A stretch of DNA of 64,000 nucleotides from an uncultured Alphaproteobacteria bacterium (GCA_902623545.1 CACNUI010000005.1:12622-76621); one strand, 5' to 3'; positions 1 to 10,669 are shown, counted from the first letter of the stretch. Numbers and translations: made by a program. Notes: a model not told the origin generated them from the letters alone.

Positions 1-767
1 TAGAAAATATTTGTGATAATATTGATATAATATTCCATACCGCAGGAATGAATGCAAAAGATTGCGAAAAAGATCCAAAAAAAGCTGATATATTTAATGG
101 TTATAAAACTTTAAAATTGATAAAATCAGCTATAAAAAAAAATGTAAAAAAATTTATTTTCTTATCTTCTGCTCATGTTTATTCTAATCCATTGATCGGA
201 ATAATCAATGAGGATACAAAAGTTACAAATACACATCCTTATGCAACTTCAAATATACTTGCCGAAAATTTTATAATTAAAAGTATTTCAGATTCAAAGA
301 TTAATGGATATATTTTCAGATTATCAAATGTTTTTGGCGCACCTATCAATATTGGATCAGATTGTTGGCATTTAGCAATTCAAGACATCTGTTATCAGGC
401 TATAAAAAATAAAAAAATTATATTAAATTCAAACGGATCACAAAAGAGAGACTTTCTACCTATGGAGAGCTTAAGTAATTTTTTTGAAAAAATAATTAAT
501 AACAAAATTAATTTTGATCAAAATATTATAAATCTTGGTGCAGGTCAAAGTCAAACAATTTTGGAGATGGCATCATTCATACAACTTAGAACCAAGCTAA
601 ATTATGGCTTTATTCCTAAAATTATTACAAATGAAAATGATACTAAAATCAACAAACACAATTTTATTTTTACATCTAATTTTAACCATATTTCTTCTCT
701 TGAATTAGAAACTAATAAATATAAAGAAGTAGATGAATTATTAAATTTTTGTAAAAAAAATTTTTAA
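1..767 (+). CDS. NAD-dependent sugar epimerase/dehydratase (extended SDR), 5-prime end cut by the window edge
   Basis: The frame of ORF 48..767 stays open back to nt 3 (ENICDNIDIIFHTAGMN...), so the listed Met is internal. FIFLSSAHVYS and YATSN motifs are typical of extended SDR sugar enzymes. Confidence 0.6.
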   Translation, partial: ENICDNIDIIFHTAGMNAKDCEKDPKKADIFNGYKTLKLIKSAIKKNVKKFIFLSSAHVYSNPLIGIINEDTKVTNTHPYATSNILAENFIIKSISDSKINGYIFRLSNVFGAPINIGSDCWHLAIQDICYQAIKNKKIILNSNGSQKRDFLPMESLSNFFEKIINNKINFDQNIINLGAGQSQTILEMASFIQLRTKLNYGFIPKIITNENDTKINKHNFIFTSNFNHISSLELETNKYKEVDELLNFCKKNF

Positions 768-786
768 ATATACATTTAAATAATTA

Positions 787-1785
787 ATGCTTAAAAACTC
801 TTCAATTTTAATAACAGGTGGAACTGGTTCATTTGGTAATTTTTTTGTTCCTCTAACTTTAAAAAAATATAATCCAAAAAGAATTATTATTTTTTCTAGA
901 GATGAAATGAAGCAATGGGAAATGGCAAAAAAATTCAAAAATGATAAAAGAGTTAGATTCTTTATAGGAGACGTAAGAGACAAAAATAGATTGAATAGAG
1001 CTCTCAAAAATGTAGATTATGTTGTTCACGCAGCTGCAACTAAAATTGTCCCAACAGCTGAATATAATCCTTTTGAATGCATAAAGACAAATATTAATGG
1101 TGCAGTAAATGTTATAGATTCTTCAATAGATCAAGGTGTCAAAAAAGTAGTTGCACTATCTACAGATAAAGCTTGTAACCCGGTAAACTTGTATGGAGCA
1201 ACAAAACTTGCATCAGATAAATTATTTATAGCTGGTAACTCCTATTCGGGTAAAAACTTAACTAGATTTTCAATAGTAAGATATGGAAATGTAATGGGTT
1301 CAAGAGGCTCTATAATACCATTATTGCTTGATCAAATGGTTAATAATAAATTTACTCTTACTGATAAAAGAATGACAAGATTTATGATATCTCTTGATGA
1401 AGCTGTAAATTTTGTTTGGAACACTTTTACAAATATGGTCGGGGGTGAAATTTATGTCAAAAAAATTCCATCGATGAAATTATTAGATATTGCTAAAACA
1501 ATAAATAAAAATGCTAAAATAGAAATTATAGGAAAAAGGCCAGGGGAAAAACTACATGAACAAATGATTAGTTCTGATGATGCAGAATATACATATGAGT
1601 ATAAAAATTATTATAAAATTTTGCCTGCAATTCATAATTGGAGCAAAGATCCATATCGTATTAAAAATGGCAAAAAGGTTAGAGAAGATTTTCTTTATAG
1701 CTCAGATACCAACAATGAGTGGATGACTACAAGTAATTTAAAAAATTGGATTAAAAATAACAAAGATAAAATTGGAAAAATATGA
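787..1785 (+). CDS. pseB: UDP-N-acetylglucosamine 4,6-dehydratase (inverting), PseB/FlaA1/FlmA type
   Basis: 332 aa. ILITGGTGSFG, RFFIGDVRD, EYNPFECIKTNI, ALSTDKACNPVNLYGATKLASDKLF, VRYGNVMGSRGS, MTRF and GKRPGEKLHE follow the PseB pattern along the full length. Confidence 0.9.
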   Translation: MLKNSSILITGGTGSFGNFFVPLTLKKYNPKRIIIFSRDEMKQWEMAKKFKNDKRVRFFIGDVRDKNRLNRALKNVDYVVHAAATKIVPTAEYNPFECIKTNINGAVNVIDSSIDQGVKKVVALSTDKACNPVNLYGATKLASDKLFIAGNSYSGKNLTRFSIVRYGNVMGSRGSIIPLLLDQMVNNKFTLTDKRMTRFMISLDEAVNFVWNTFTNMVGGEIYVKKIPSMKLLDIAKTINKNAKIEIIGKRPGEKLHEQMISSDDAEYTYEYKNYYKILPAIHNWSKDPYRIKNGKKVREDFLYSSDTNNEWMTTSNLKNWIKNNKDKIGKI

Positions 1786-2933
1786 AAATTCCATATGGAA
1801 AACAGTCTATTTCCAATAAGGATATTTCAGTTGTTAAAAAAACACTACAATCAAATTTTCTAACGCAAGGGCCTAAAGTTAAGTTTTTTGAAAATTCAAT
1901 TGCGAAATTTGTAGGTTCTAAGCATGTGGTAGCTGTTAATAGTGCTACATCTGCTTTGCATATAGCTTGTTTATCAATTGGTTTAAAAAAAGATGATTAT
2001 CTGTGGACTAGCGCTAATAGCTTTGTAGCAAGCTCAAATTGCGCTTTGTATTGTGGTGCTAAAATTGATTTTATAGATATTGATATTAAAACTTATAATA
2101 TTTGCCATAAAAAATTAGAAAAAAAATTAGAATATGCAAAGAAAAAAAGAATTTTGCCAAAAGTTATTGTTGTAGTTCATATCTGTGGGTTTTCTGCTCC
2201 AATGAAAGAAATTTATAAATTAAGTAAGAAGTACAAATTTAAAATTATAGAAGATGCATCTCATGCAATTGGTGGCTTGTACTTTAAAAATAAAATTGGG
2301 AGCTGTAAGTTTAGCGATATCACAGTTTTTAGTTTTCATCCTGTAAAAATCATCACTACCGCAGAGGGAGGAGCTGCAATTACCAACAATAGTAAAATAG
2401 CAAGCAATCTTAGACTTTATGCCGATCATGGTGTTGCAAGAAATAAGAACAAAAGTAAATTTAAAGGTAAAGAGTTGTGGAATTTTGATCAAATAAAATT
2501 GGGATATAATTACCGAATGAATGAAATTCAAGCAGCTCTTGGATTAAGTCAGTTAAAAAAAATTAATTCATTTTTGAGAATAAGAAACACAATTGCAAAT
2601 AGATATAATCGAGAATTGAAGAATTTACCTATTATACTTCCTAATATGGATAGTAATATTTATTCTAGCTTTCATCTTTATGTAATTTTAGTAAAAAATA
2701 CCAGAGAACATAAAAAATTATTTAATTATTTGATTATGAAAAAAATTATAGTCAATTTGCATTATATTCCAATATATAGACATTCTTTTTATAAATCATT
2801 GGGTTTCAAAAAAGGCTATTGCCCTAGTGCTGAGGATTATTATAGTAGAGCTATTTCACTTCCCATATATCCAAACATTAAAAATGCTGAGCAGAAATAC
2901 GTTATCAATTGTATAAAAGATTATTTTAAATAA
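1782..2933 (+). CDS. pseC: DegT/DnrJ/EryC1-family PLP aminotransferase, PseC type (UDP-4-amino-4,6-dideoxy-HexNAc transaminase)
   Basis: 383 aa. FHPVKIITTAEGGA (PLP Lys), YNYRMNEIQAALGLSQLKK and HYIPIY motifs. Its start overlaps the pseB stop by 4 nt. Confidence 0.85.
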   Translation: MKIPYGKQSISNKDISVVKKTLQSNFLTQGPKVKFFENSIAKFVGSKHVVAVNSATSALHIACLSIGLKKDDYLWTSANSFVASSNCALYCGAKIDFIDIDIKTYNICHKKLEKKLEYAKKKRILPKVIVVVHICGFSAPMKEIYKLSKKYKFKIIEDASHAIGGLYFKNKIGSCKFSDITVFSFHPVKIITTAEGGAAITNNSKIASNLRLYADHGVARNKNKSKFKGKELWNFDQIKLGYNYRMNEIQAALGLSQLKKINSFLRIRNTIANRYNRELKNLPIILPNMDSNIYSSFHLYVILVKNTREHKKLFNYLIMKKIIVNLHYIPIYRHSFYKSLGFKKGYCPSAEDYYSRAISLPIYPNIKNAEQKYVINCIKDYFK

Positions 2934-2939
2934 TTTTTA

Positions 2940-4556
2940 ATGAACAAAATTATTATTATACAAGCTAGGATGAATTCTAAAAGATTGCCAGGAAAGGTAA
3001 TGCTACCAATTTGCAAAATACCTCAAGCTTTATTAACTTATAAAAGAGCAATAAATTCAGGTTTGAAAGCAATAATTGCTACTTCAAATCACAAGTCTGA
3101 TCAAATTTTTTCAGATATACTTTCGAAAAATGACATTAATCATTTTAGAGGCAATTTAAATAACCCATTAAAAAGAATTGTTAACTGTCTTGCAAAATAT
3201 AAATCTAACACTATAGTTGTAAGACTAACAGCTGATAATGTATTTCCAGATGGAATTTTAATTGAAGAATTGATAGATGATTTTATACAAAGATCCTTAA
3301 AATATTTGACTACAAATGACAGTGAATCAGGTCTTCCAAAAGGTTTAAGTATTGAGATAACAAGATTAAAATATCTTAGAGAAGCAGATAATAAAGCTAA
3401 AACTAAATTCGAAAAAGAGCATGTTACACCTTTTATAATTAATAAATATGGAAAAAATATTTTCACAAAATATAAATCGTTAAACGCTTCAAACTATAAT
3501 TGTACTATTGATAAATTTGATGAATATATTTTTATAAGTAGATTGCTCAACAGACAAAGAAATATAGTTAATGTTTCTTCTATTTATCTTACAAAAAAAT
3601 TAATAAAAGTAACTAATAAAAATAATAATCTAAAAAATATAAATAAAGTTATTTTAGGTGGTGCTCAATTAGGAATGAAATATGGTATTACAAATAAAAA
3701 AAAGTTACCAAAAAATACTATAACCAAAATTATTAAATATTTAATAAATAATGGACTAAAATTTGTAGATACTGCTTACTCTTATGGTGATAGTGAGGCC
3801 ATAATTGGATCTTTTAATAATAAAAATAATTATAAGTTACAAGTAATAACAAAATTAAAAAAAATTAAAAATTTACAAAATACAAATGAATTATTTTTAA
3901 AAAAAACAATTCAAAACAGTATTTATAATTCTTGTAAAAGTTTAAAAGTTAAAAAATTAAATGTAATTTTAATTCATGATTATGAGGATATACTTATAAA
4001 AAATAAGTATGTTTTAAAATGTTTACTAAACTTAAAGAAAGAAGGTATAATTGAAAATATCGGGGTTTCTGTGCAAAATCCTAAAGAATTAGAACAATGT
4101 TTAAAAAATAAAAGTGTAAGTTATATACAATTACCGTTTAATATAATTGATCATAGATGGAGTAAATATATAAATAAGATAATGGAAATAAAAAAAAATA
4201 GAAATTTAATTATTCATTCTAGAAGCATATTTCTTCAAGGACTTTTATTGACAAAACAAAGGAGGTATTGGAAAAGAGCATTCGTAGATGATAATAAAGA
4301 AATATTTTTAAAACTAAGTAAAATTTGTAAAAAGTTAGGAATAGAATCTATTAATGAATTATGTATCAGATATTCCTTATCTCAAAAATGGATAGACAAA
4401 GTTATTGTAGGAATGTCTAAAATGTCTCATGCTAAAAAAAATTTAAAATTTATAAATAAACTTAATCTGTCGAAAAAGTCTATTGATTATATAAATAAAA
4501 ATAAACCACGAGTTCCTACCGATACTTTAAATCCAGCACTATGGTTAAAAAATTAA
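2940..4556 (+). CDS. Fusion protein: N-terminal SpsF/FlmC-type cytidylyltransferase plus C-terminal aldo/keto reductase
   Basis: 538 aa. N-terminus KIIIIQARMNSKRLPGKV is the CTP_transf_3/COG1861 signature. From about aa 236, GGAQLGMKYG...VDTAYSYGDSEAIIG, ITKLKK and LIHDYE match the AKR D-Y-K-H tetrad positions. Confidence 0.75.
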   Translation: MNKIIIIQARMNSKRLPGKVMLPICKIPQALLTYKRAINSGLKAIIATSNHKSDQIFSDILSKNDINHFRGNLNNPLKRIVNCLAKYKSNTIVVRLTADNVFPDGILIEELIDDFIQRSLKYLTTNDSESGLPKGLSIEITRLKYLREADNKAKTKFEKEHVTPFIINKYGKNIFTKYKSLNASNYNCTIDKFDEYIFISRLLNRQRNIVNVSSIYLTKKLIKVTNKNNNLKNINKVILGGAQLGMKYGITNKKKLPKNTITKIIKYLINNGLKFVDTAYSYGDSEAIIGSFNNKNNYKLQVITKLKKIKNLQNTNELFLKKTIQNSIYNSCKSLKVKKLNVILIHDYEDILIKNKYVLKCLLNLKKEGIIENIGVSVQNPKELEQCLKNKSVSYIQLPFNIIDHRWSKYINKIMEIKKNRNLIIHSRSIFLQGLLLTKQRRYWKRAFVDDNKEIFLKLSKICKKLGIESINELCIRYSLSQKWIDKVIVGMSKMSHAKKNLKFINKLNLSKKSIDYINKNKPRVPTDTLNPALWLKN

Positions 4557-4557
4557 A

Positions 4558-5358
4558 ATGGAAGGCTTACAAAAATTATTTTCACTTAAAAATAAAAATG
4601 TATTGATTACTGGCTCAACAGGATATCTTGGCTCTTTCATATCTAAATTTCTTGCTGATAGTAAAGCAAATGTTTTCTTGCAGGGAAAAGATAAAGTTAA
4701 AGTTGCTCATTTATATAAAAAATTAAAAAATAAAAATTGTTCTGTTACTCCGCTAGTATTTGATCTTCTAGATGAAGAAGAAATGAAAAATGTAATAAAT
4801 ATTAAATTAAAAAATAATATAAATGTAGTAGTAAATAATGCTTACTCAGGCTCATCAGGTACTACTTTAAATTCTAATAGTAATGATTTTCGAAATAGTT
4901 ATGAAATCACTATGGTGGCTACTAATAATTTAGTAAAAATTTTATACCCTCAATTAATAAAATCAAAAAAAAAATTTGGAGATGCATCAATCATTAATAT
5001 TTCTTCAATTTATGGTTTGTTAAGCCCTGATCTAGGAATATACAGTAATTTAAATAAAGCAAACCCACCTTACTATGGAGCAGCAAAAGCTGCACTAATA
5101 CAATATACAAAATATACTGCTTGCGAATTTGCTAAAGATGGTATCAGAGTAAATAGTATTTCACCTGGCGCTTTTCCATCACCTAAATTCCAAAAAATTC
5201 ATCCAAATACTGTAAAAAAGTTAAAAAGTAAAATTCCTTTGAAAAGAATTGGTAAACCAGAAGATATAATAGGTCCGTTAATGTATCTTGCCACTTCATC
5301 TTCTAAATATGTTACAGGCACAAATATTATTGTAGATGGGGGTTATTCAACTTGGTAA
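4558..5358 (+). CDS. Short-chain dehydrogenase/reductase (classical SDR)
   Basis: 266 aa. ITGSTGYLG Rossmann motif, NNAY, and the YGAAKAAL catalytic YxxxK. Confidence 0.8.
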   Translation: MEGLQKLFSLKNKNVLITGSTGYLGSFISKFLADSKANVFLQGKDKVKVAHLYKKLKNKNCSVTPLVFDLLDEEEMKNVINIKLKNNINVVVNNAYSGSSGTTLNSNSNDFRNSYEITMVATNNLVKILYPQLIKSKKKFGDASIINISSIYGLLSPDLGIYSNLNKANPPYYGAAKAALIQYTKYTACEFAKDGIRVNSISPGAFPSPKFQKIHPNTVKKLKSKIPLKRIGKPEDIIGPLMYLATSSSKYVTGTNIIVDGGYSTW

Positions 5359-5378
5359 ATCAAAATTATTAATAATGT

Positions 5379-6281
5379 ATGCAGTTAGTCAGTGTAATTA
5401 TAAATTGTTATAATGGGGAAAAATTTTTAAAAGAAGCAATAGACTCAGTTTATAATCAAACTTATCAAAATTGGGAAATAATATTTTGGGATAATGCATC
5501 TACAGATAATAGCTCCCTTATTGCTAAATCGTATGACAGGCGTCTAAAGTACTTCAAATCAAATATTAATACAAGTATTGGGGAAGCAAGATATTCAGCA
5601 ATTACAAAAGCTAAAGGCAACTATATATGTTTTCTTGATTGTGATGATGTATTTGTTGCAACAAAATTGGAAATACAAATAAATCAAATGCACGAAACTA
5701 ATTTCTTGATGAGTTATGGCTCATCTTTAATAATTAATGAAAATGGAAAAATTTTAAAAAAATTTAAAGTTAAAAATAATAATGGTTACATATTTCATAA
5801 ATTATTAAATTACTATGAGATTCAATTTCAAAGCATTATGATTAATAGATCTATAATTGATAAACAAAAAATTCAATTTACAAAAAGTTTATTATACACA
5901 CCTGATTATGATTTTTGTATGAAAATTTGCGCTAAAAATAAAATACTTGTTATAAAAGATATTTTGATAAAGTATAGAAAAGTCAAGAATTCACTTAGTA
6001 TGAAAAGTTTAAATTTAGTATACGATGAAAATAAATATGCTCTTGATTATTTGTGTAATAAATTTCCAGATTTATATAAAAAATATTTAAATTATTTTAA
6101 ATTAGCTTATTCAAAGCTATATTACTATAAATCTATTCCATATATTTTTAACAATGACTATAAAAACGCAAAAATATATATCAAGAAAACTGAATGGAAA
6201 AAAATTCAATATTTAATTTTATATATTTTACTATTTTTAAATATACCTTCTAAATACATATTAAGGATTATTAATAGATAA
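5379..6281 (+). CDS. Glycosyltransferase family 2
   Basis: 300 aa. VSVIINCYNGEKFLKEAIDSVYNQTYQNWEIIFWDNASTDNS and the FLDCDD DxD motif. Confidence 0.85.
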   Translation: MQLVSVIINCYNGEKFLKEAIDSVYNQTYQNWEIIFWDNASTDNSSLIAKSYDRRLKYFKSNINTSIGEARYSAITKAKGNYICFLDCDDVFVATKLEIQINQMHETNFLMSYGSSLIINENGKILKKFKVKNNNGYIFHKLLNYYEIQFQSIMINRSIIDKQKIQFTKSLLYTPDYDFCMKICAKNKILVIKDILIKYRKVKNSLSMKSLNLVYDENKYALDYLCNKFPDLYKKYLNYFKLAYSKLYYYKSIPYIFNNDYKNAKIYIKKTEWKKIQYLILYILLFLNIPSKYILRIINR

Positions 6282-6282
6282 T

Positions 6283-7569
6283 ATGAATCTATCTAAAAAT
6301 AACAATGATTTAATTATTGGCATAATAGGCCTAGGGTATGTTGGTTTGCCATTAGCCATTGAATTTGGAAAAAAATTTAAAACAATTGGATTTGATATAA
6401 AAAAAGAAAGAATTAAAAACCTATCTTTAAGTATAGATACCACATCAGAAGTAAATGAAGTTAATTTTAAAAAAGCAAAATACTTGAAATTTTCAAACAA
6501 TAGTTATGATCTCATTAATTGTAATATTTATATTATAACTGTACCTACTCCAATTTATAACAATAAAAAACCTGATTTAAGATATATTAAAAAAGCATCA
6601 GTTATAGTTGGTAAATTCTTAAAAAAAAATGATATTGTAATATATGAATCAACCGTATACCCTGGTTTAACTGAGGAGGTGTGTGTTCCAATATTAATCA
6701 ATGAGTCAAATTTAAAATATAATAAAGATTTTTTCTGTGGTTATAGTCCAGAAAGAATTAATCCAGGTGATAAAAAATATAATTTAAAAAATATAATTAA
6801 AGTAGTTGCCGGTTCAAACAAGTCTACCACTATAAAAATTAAGAATTTATATAACTCAATTATTAGTGCAGGTATATTCGTAGCAAAAGACATAAAAACA
6901 GCTGAAGCAGCTAAAGTAATAGAAAACACTCAAAGAGATATTAATATAGCATTAGTCAATGAAATTGCTTTAATATGTAAAAAATTAGGTATTAAAAGCA
7001 AAGATGTATTCGAAGCAGCCTCAACAAAATGGAATTTTTTAAATTTTAAACCTGGAATAGTTGGTGGACACTGTATTGGAGTTGACCCATATTACTTGAC
7101 TCATAAAGCAAATCTTGTTGGATTTAATCCAAAAATGATTCTTTCTGGCAGAGCTTTAAATGATAGCATGCCTAAATATATTTTTAGAGAAATTAAAAAG
7201 ATTATGTTAAAAAAGAATATCATAATAAAAAATTCTAAAGTTTTAATTTTAGGATTAACTTTTAAAGAAAACTGTAATGATGTAAGAAACACAAAAGTTT
7301 TTGAAATTGGCAATCATTTTATTAAATCTGGTGCAAAAATAAATTACTACGACCCTTGGGTTTCGAAAAAAGATTTAAATAATTTAAATAAAAAAAGACT
7401 AATTAATATAATTCCAAATAATTATTATGACTGTATAATTATTGCAGTTTCACATAACGAATTTAAAAAATATTCTTTAAAATCACTTAAAAAAATGTGT
7501 AAAAAAAATAATGTTATTTATGATATTAAAAATTTTTTAAAAGATAATAAAGTTGATGGACAATTATAA
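6283..7569 (+). CDS. Nucleotide-sugar 6-dehydrogenase, TviB/WbpO-like (UDP-GlcNAc/GalNAc to the uronic acid)
   Basis: 428 aa. IGIIGLGYVGLPLA, ESTVYPG, YSPERINPGD and the GGHCIGVDPYYL catalytic Cys motif. Confidence 0.8.
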   Translation: MNLSKNNNDLIIGIIGLGYVGLPLAIEFGKKFKTIGFDIKKERIKNLSLSIDTTSEVNEVNFKKAKYLKFSNNSYDLINCNIYIITVPTPIYNNKKPDLRYIKKASVIVGKFLKKNDIVIYESTVYPGLTEEVCVPILINESNLKYNKDFFCGYSPERINPGDKKYNLKNIIKVVAGSNKSTTIKIKNLYNSIISAGIFVAKDIKTAEAAKVIENTQRDINIALVNEIALICKKLGIKSKDVFEAASTKWNFLNFKPGIVGGHCIGVDPYYLTHKANLVGFNPKMILSGRALNDSMPKYIFREIKKIMLKKNIIIKNSKVLILGLTFKENCNDVRNTKVFEIGNHFIKSGAKINYYDPWVSKKDLNNLNKKRLINIIPNNYYDCIIIAVSHNEFKKYSLKSLKKMCKKNNVIYDIKNFLKDNKVDGQL

Positions 7570-7585
7570 TTAGTATGAATTTATA

Positions 7586-9529
7586 ATGTGTGGCTTTGCA
7601 GGTTTTATTGATAACTCTAATAACAACTTAGATTACAAATCAATTTTAAAAAATTTAGGTGATAGCATCAATCATAGAGGGCCAGATGACAGTGGCATTT
7701 GGTTTGATCCAAACTTTAATCTAGGCTTAACACATAGAAGGCTATCTATAGTTGACCTTACAAATAATGCCAATCAACCAATGGTTAGCAAGTCTAACGA
7801 ATATGTATTAGTATATAATGGTGAAATATATAATCATTATGAAATTCGAAAAAAATTAAATAATGAAGGTAATAATATAAATTGGAAAGGAAGTGGTGAT
7901 ACTGAGACTCTATTCAATGCTCTAATTTGTTGGGGTATTAAAAAAACTCTTGAAGAATGTCATGGAATGTTTTCCTTTGCTTTTTGGAATGCTCAAAAAA
8001 AAATAATATCTATAGCTAGAGATAGATTTGGTGAAAAACCTCTATATTATGGATTCAACCAAAAAAATCAAAAAAAAATATTTTTATTTGCATCAGAATT
8101 AAAAGCATTCGATAGCTTAAATGAATTTGATAATTTGATAAATAAAGAAGCTCTAAGTAAATATTTTAAATATGGTAATGTACCAGCTCCACTCAGTATT
8201 TATTCAAACATATCAAAATTGAAACCCGGTACAATCGCAAATATATCAGTTGAAAATTTAAAAATTGAAATTGAAGAATACTGGTCAATAAATCAATCAA
8301 TAATTTCTAATAAAAATTCAATTAATAATATTTCAATATCAGAGGCAGTAGATACAACTGAAACTTTATTAAAAGAAGTGTTATCAAATCAAATGATAGC
8401 TGATGTCAATTTAGGTGCTTTTTTATCAGGAGGGATAGATTCTTCATTAATCGTTAGTTTGATGCAATCAATTTCGAATGAACCTATTAAAACCTTTTCT
8501 ATAGGATTCAATGAAAGGAAACTAAATGAAGCTGCTTTTTCAAAAAAAATTGCAAAGCATCTAGGCACAAGCCACACAGAACTGTATGTAACTAAAGATA
8601 ATTTATTAAATACAGTTCCTCTAATTAAAAATATATATGATGAACCATTTGCAGACTCATCACAAATTCCTACTTATTTAATTAGTAAGTTGGCAAAAGA
8701 GCATGTAAAAGTAGCGCTTAGTGGGGACGGAGGTGATGAAATATTTGGCGGGTACAATAGATATATTTTTATTCAAAAATATTGGAAAACCATTTCATAT
8801 TTTCCAATTTCAGTGAGAAATATAATTTATGAAATTTATAAATTAATTCCAATATTTTTATTTGAACTTATTCTTAATAAAATTTTGAGAATGGATATTT
8901 ATAACATTGAAAGTAGTTTGAACAAAGTTTTTGAAATTTTAAAATCTAATAACATAAATCAAGCATATTCTAATTTAATTTCTATTTTTTTAAAATCCAG
9001 TGATATTATTCAAGATATAAATAATCCATCGATCGATGATATTGTTTTATCTGATGATTTTAATAACTCCGAATTAATGATGATAGAAGATTCAAAAAAT
9101 TATTTACCAAATGATATATTGACCAAAGTTGACAGGGCTTCTATGTCCGTAAGCTTAGAGACAAGAATTCCTTTTCTAGATCATAAAGTTTTTGAACATG
9201 CATGGTCCTTACCTTATCATTTTAAGATAAGAAAAATAAAGGGTAAATTTGACAACAAACATATACTTAAGAAAATTTTGTCTAAATATTTACCAAAAGA
9301 ATTAATAAAAAAGAAAAAAATGGGATTTGCAATTCCATTATCTTCTTGGTTAAGGAATGAGCTAAGGGATTGGTCTGAAGATTTAATAGATGAAAAAAAA
9401 ATTAAAATTCAAGGATATTTAAACCATAAATTAGTAAAAAATATGTGGAGTGATTTTATTAATGGAAAAAAAATATATGATAACAAAATTTGGTCAATTT
9501 TAATGTTTCAATCATGGTTGGAAAGATAA
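7586..9529 (+). CDS. Asparagine synthase (glutamine-hydrolysing) family amidotransferase, WbpS-like candidate
   Basis: 647 aa. N-terminal MCGFAGF (Ntn Cys2) and the SGGIDSS PP-loop. It sits in a glycan locus next to a uronic-acid-forming dehydrogenase. Confidence 0.8.
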   Translation: MCGFAGFIDNSNNNLDYKSILKNLGDSINHRGPDDSGIWFDPNFNLGLTHRRLSIVDLTNNANQPMVSKSNEYVLVYNGEIYNHYEIRKKLNNEGNNINWKGSGDTETLFNALICWGIKKTLEECHGMFSFAFWNAQKKIISIARDRFGEKPLYYGFNQKNQKKIFLFASELKAFDSLNEFDNLINKEALSKYFKYGNVPAPLSIYSNISKLKPGTIANISVENLKIEIEEYWSINQSIISNKNSINNISISEAVDTTETLLKEVLSNQMIADVNLGAFLSGGIDSSLIVSLMQSISNEPIKTFSIGFNERKLNEAAFSKKIAKHLGTSHTELYVTKDNLLNTVPLIKNIYDEPFADSSQIPTYLISKLAKEHVKVALSGDGGDEIFGGYNRYIFIQKYWKTISYFPISVRNIIYEIYKLIPIFLFELILNKILRMDIYNIESSLNKVFEILKSNNINQAYSNLISIFLKSSDIIQDINNPSIDDIVLSDDFNNSELMMIEDSKNYLPNDILTKVDRASMSVSLETRIPFLDHKVFEHAWSLPYHFKIRKIKGKFDNKHILKKILSKYLPKELIKKKKMGFAIPLSSWLRNELRDWSEDLIDEKKIKIQGYLNHKLVKNMWSDFINGKKIYDNKIWSILMFQSWLER

Positions 9530-9532
9530 TTC

Positions 9533-10669
9533 ATGAACAAAAAAATTTTATTTGTTGTAAATGAATTGAATTTTTTTCTTAGTCACAGATTATCAATAGC
9601 AAAAGAAGCTTCAAAAAAGGGGTATTTAGTCCATTTGGCTATTGAAAACAAAAAACTTACTAAAGTTGAAAATGAACACCTAAAAGATTTTCAAATTCAC
9701 AATTACCATGTATCAAGATCAAATCTTAATGTTATTTTTGAGATATATACATTTATTTCTTTGTTTTTACTAATAAAGAGAATTAATCCTCAACTAGTTC
9801 ATCTTATAACCATGAAACCAATAATTTATGGTGGAATAATTAATAGAATTTTAAATATTAAATCTCAAGTTATATCAGTTACCGGTATGGGTTACATTTT
9901 TATAAATAAAAAAAAACTAAGAATTAAATTACTAAATTTTGTAGTAAAAAATCTTTTAAAATTTGCAATAAATCATAAAAACCAAAAAATAATAGTTCAA
10001 AATAATAGTGATTTACATGAATTCTTAAGAATAAAAAAAATTTCTAATAAAAATTTTATTCTAATTCCAGGCTCAGGAGTTAATTTAAACTTATTTAATT
10101 ATGTTCCTGAAAATGAAAAAAATAATTTAATAATTATGGTTTGTAGATTATTAAAAGATAAAGGTGTCTATGAATTTATAGAAGCAGAAAAAAAAATACG
10201 AAATAAAAATATCAAAGCAAGATTCTGGTTAGTAGGTAATATAGATCCATCAAATCCCTCATCACTAAGCTCAAAAGATATTGAAAAGATAAAAGAGGAT
10301 TCAAAAGTAAAGTTTTTGGGTTTTAGAAAAGATATTTCAAGACTATATAAATATTCAAACATTGCTGTTCTCACATCATATAGAGAAGGTTTCCCAAAAT
10401 CTTTAATTGAAGCATCAGCTTGTGGAAGGCCAATTATTACTACTGATGTACCTGGATGCAGAGATTCAATCATTAATAATGTAACTGGAATTTTAATAAA
10501 TAAAAAAAACTCTCAACAACTTTGTGATGCAATTGAACTACTTCTTAAAAACGATACTTTACGTAAAAAAATGGGATATCAGGCAAGAATTAATGCAGAA
10601 AATAACTATAATATTAATGATGTTATCACAAAACACATGGAAATTTATAATAACTTAATTAATTTATGA
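9533..10669 (+). CDS. Glycosyltransferase family 4 (GT-B, group 1)
   Basis: 378 aa. C-terminal EGFPKSLIEASACGRPIITTDVPGCRDSI, the E-x7-E type motif. Confidence 0.8.
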   Translation: MNKKILFVVNELNFFLSHRLSIAKEASKKGYLVHLAIENKKLTKVENEHLKDFQIHNYHVSRSNLNVIFEIYTFISLFLLIKRINPQLVHLITMKPIIYGGIINRILNIKSQVISVTGMGYIFINKKKLRIKLLNFVVKNLLKFAINHKNQKIIVQNNSDLHEFLRIKKISNKNFILIPGSGVNLNLFNYVPENEKNNLIIMVCRLLKDKGVYEFIEAEKKIRNKNIKARFWLVGNIDPSNPSSLSSKDIEKIKEDSKVKFLGFRKDISRLYKYSNIAVLTSYREGFPKSLIEASACGRPIITTDVPGCRDSIINNVTGILINKKNSQQLCDAIELLLKNDTLRKKMGYQARINAENNYNINDVITKHMEIYNNLINL

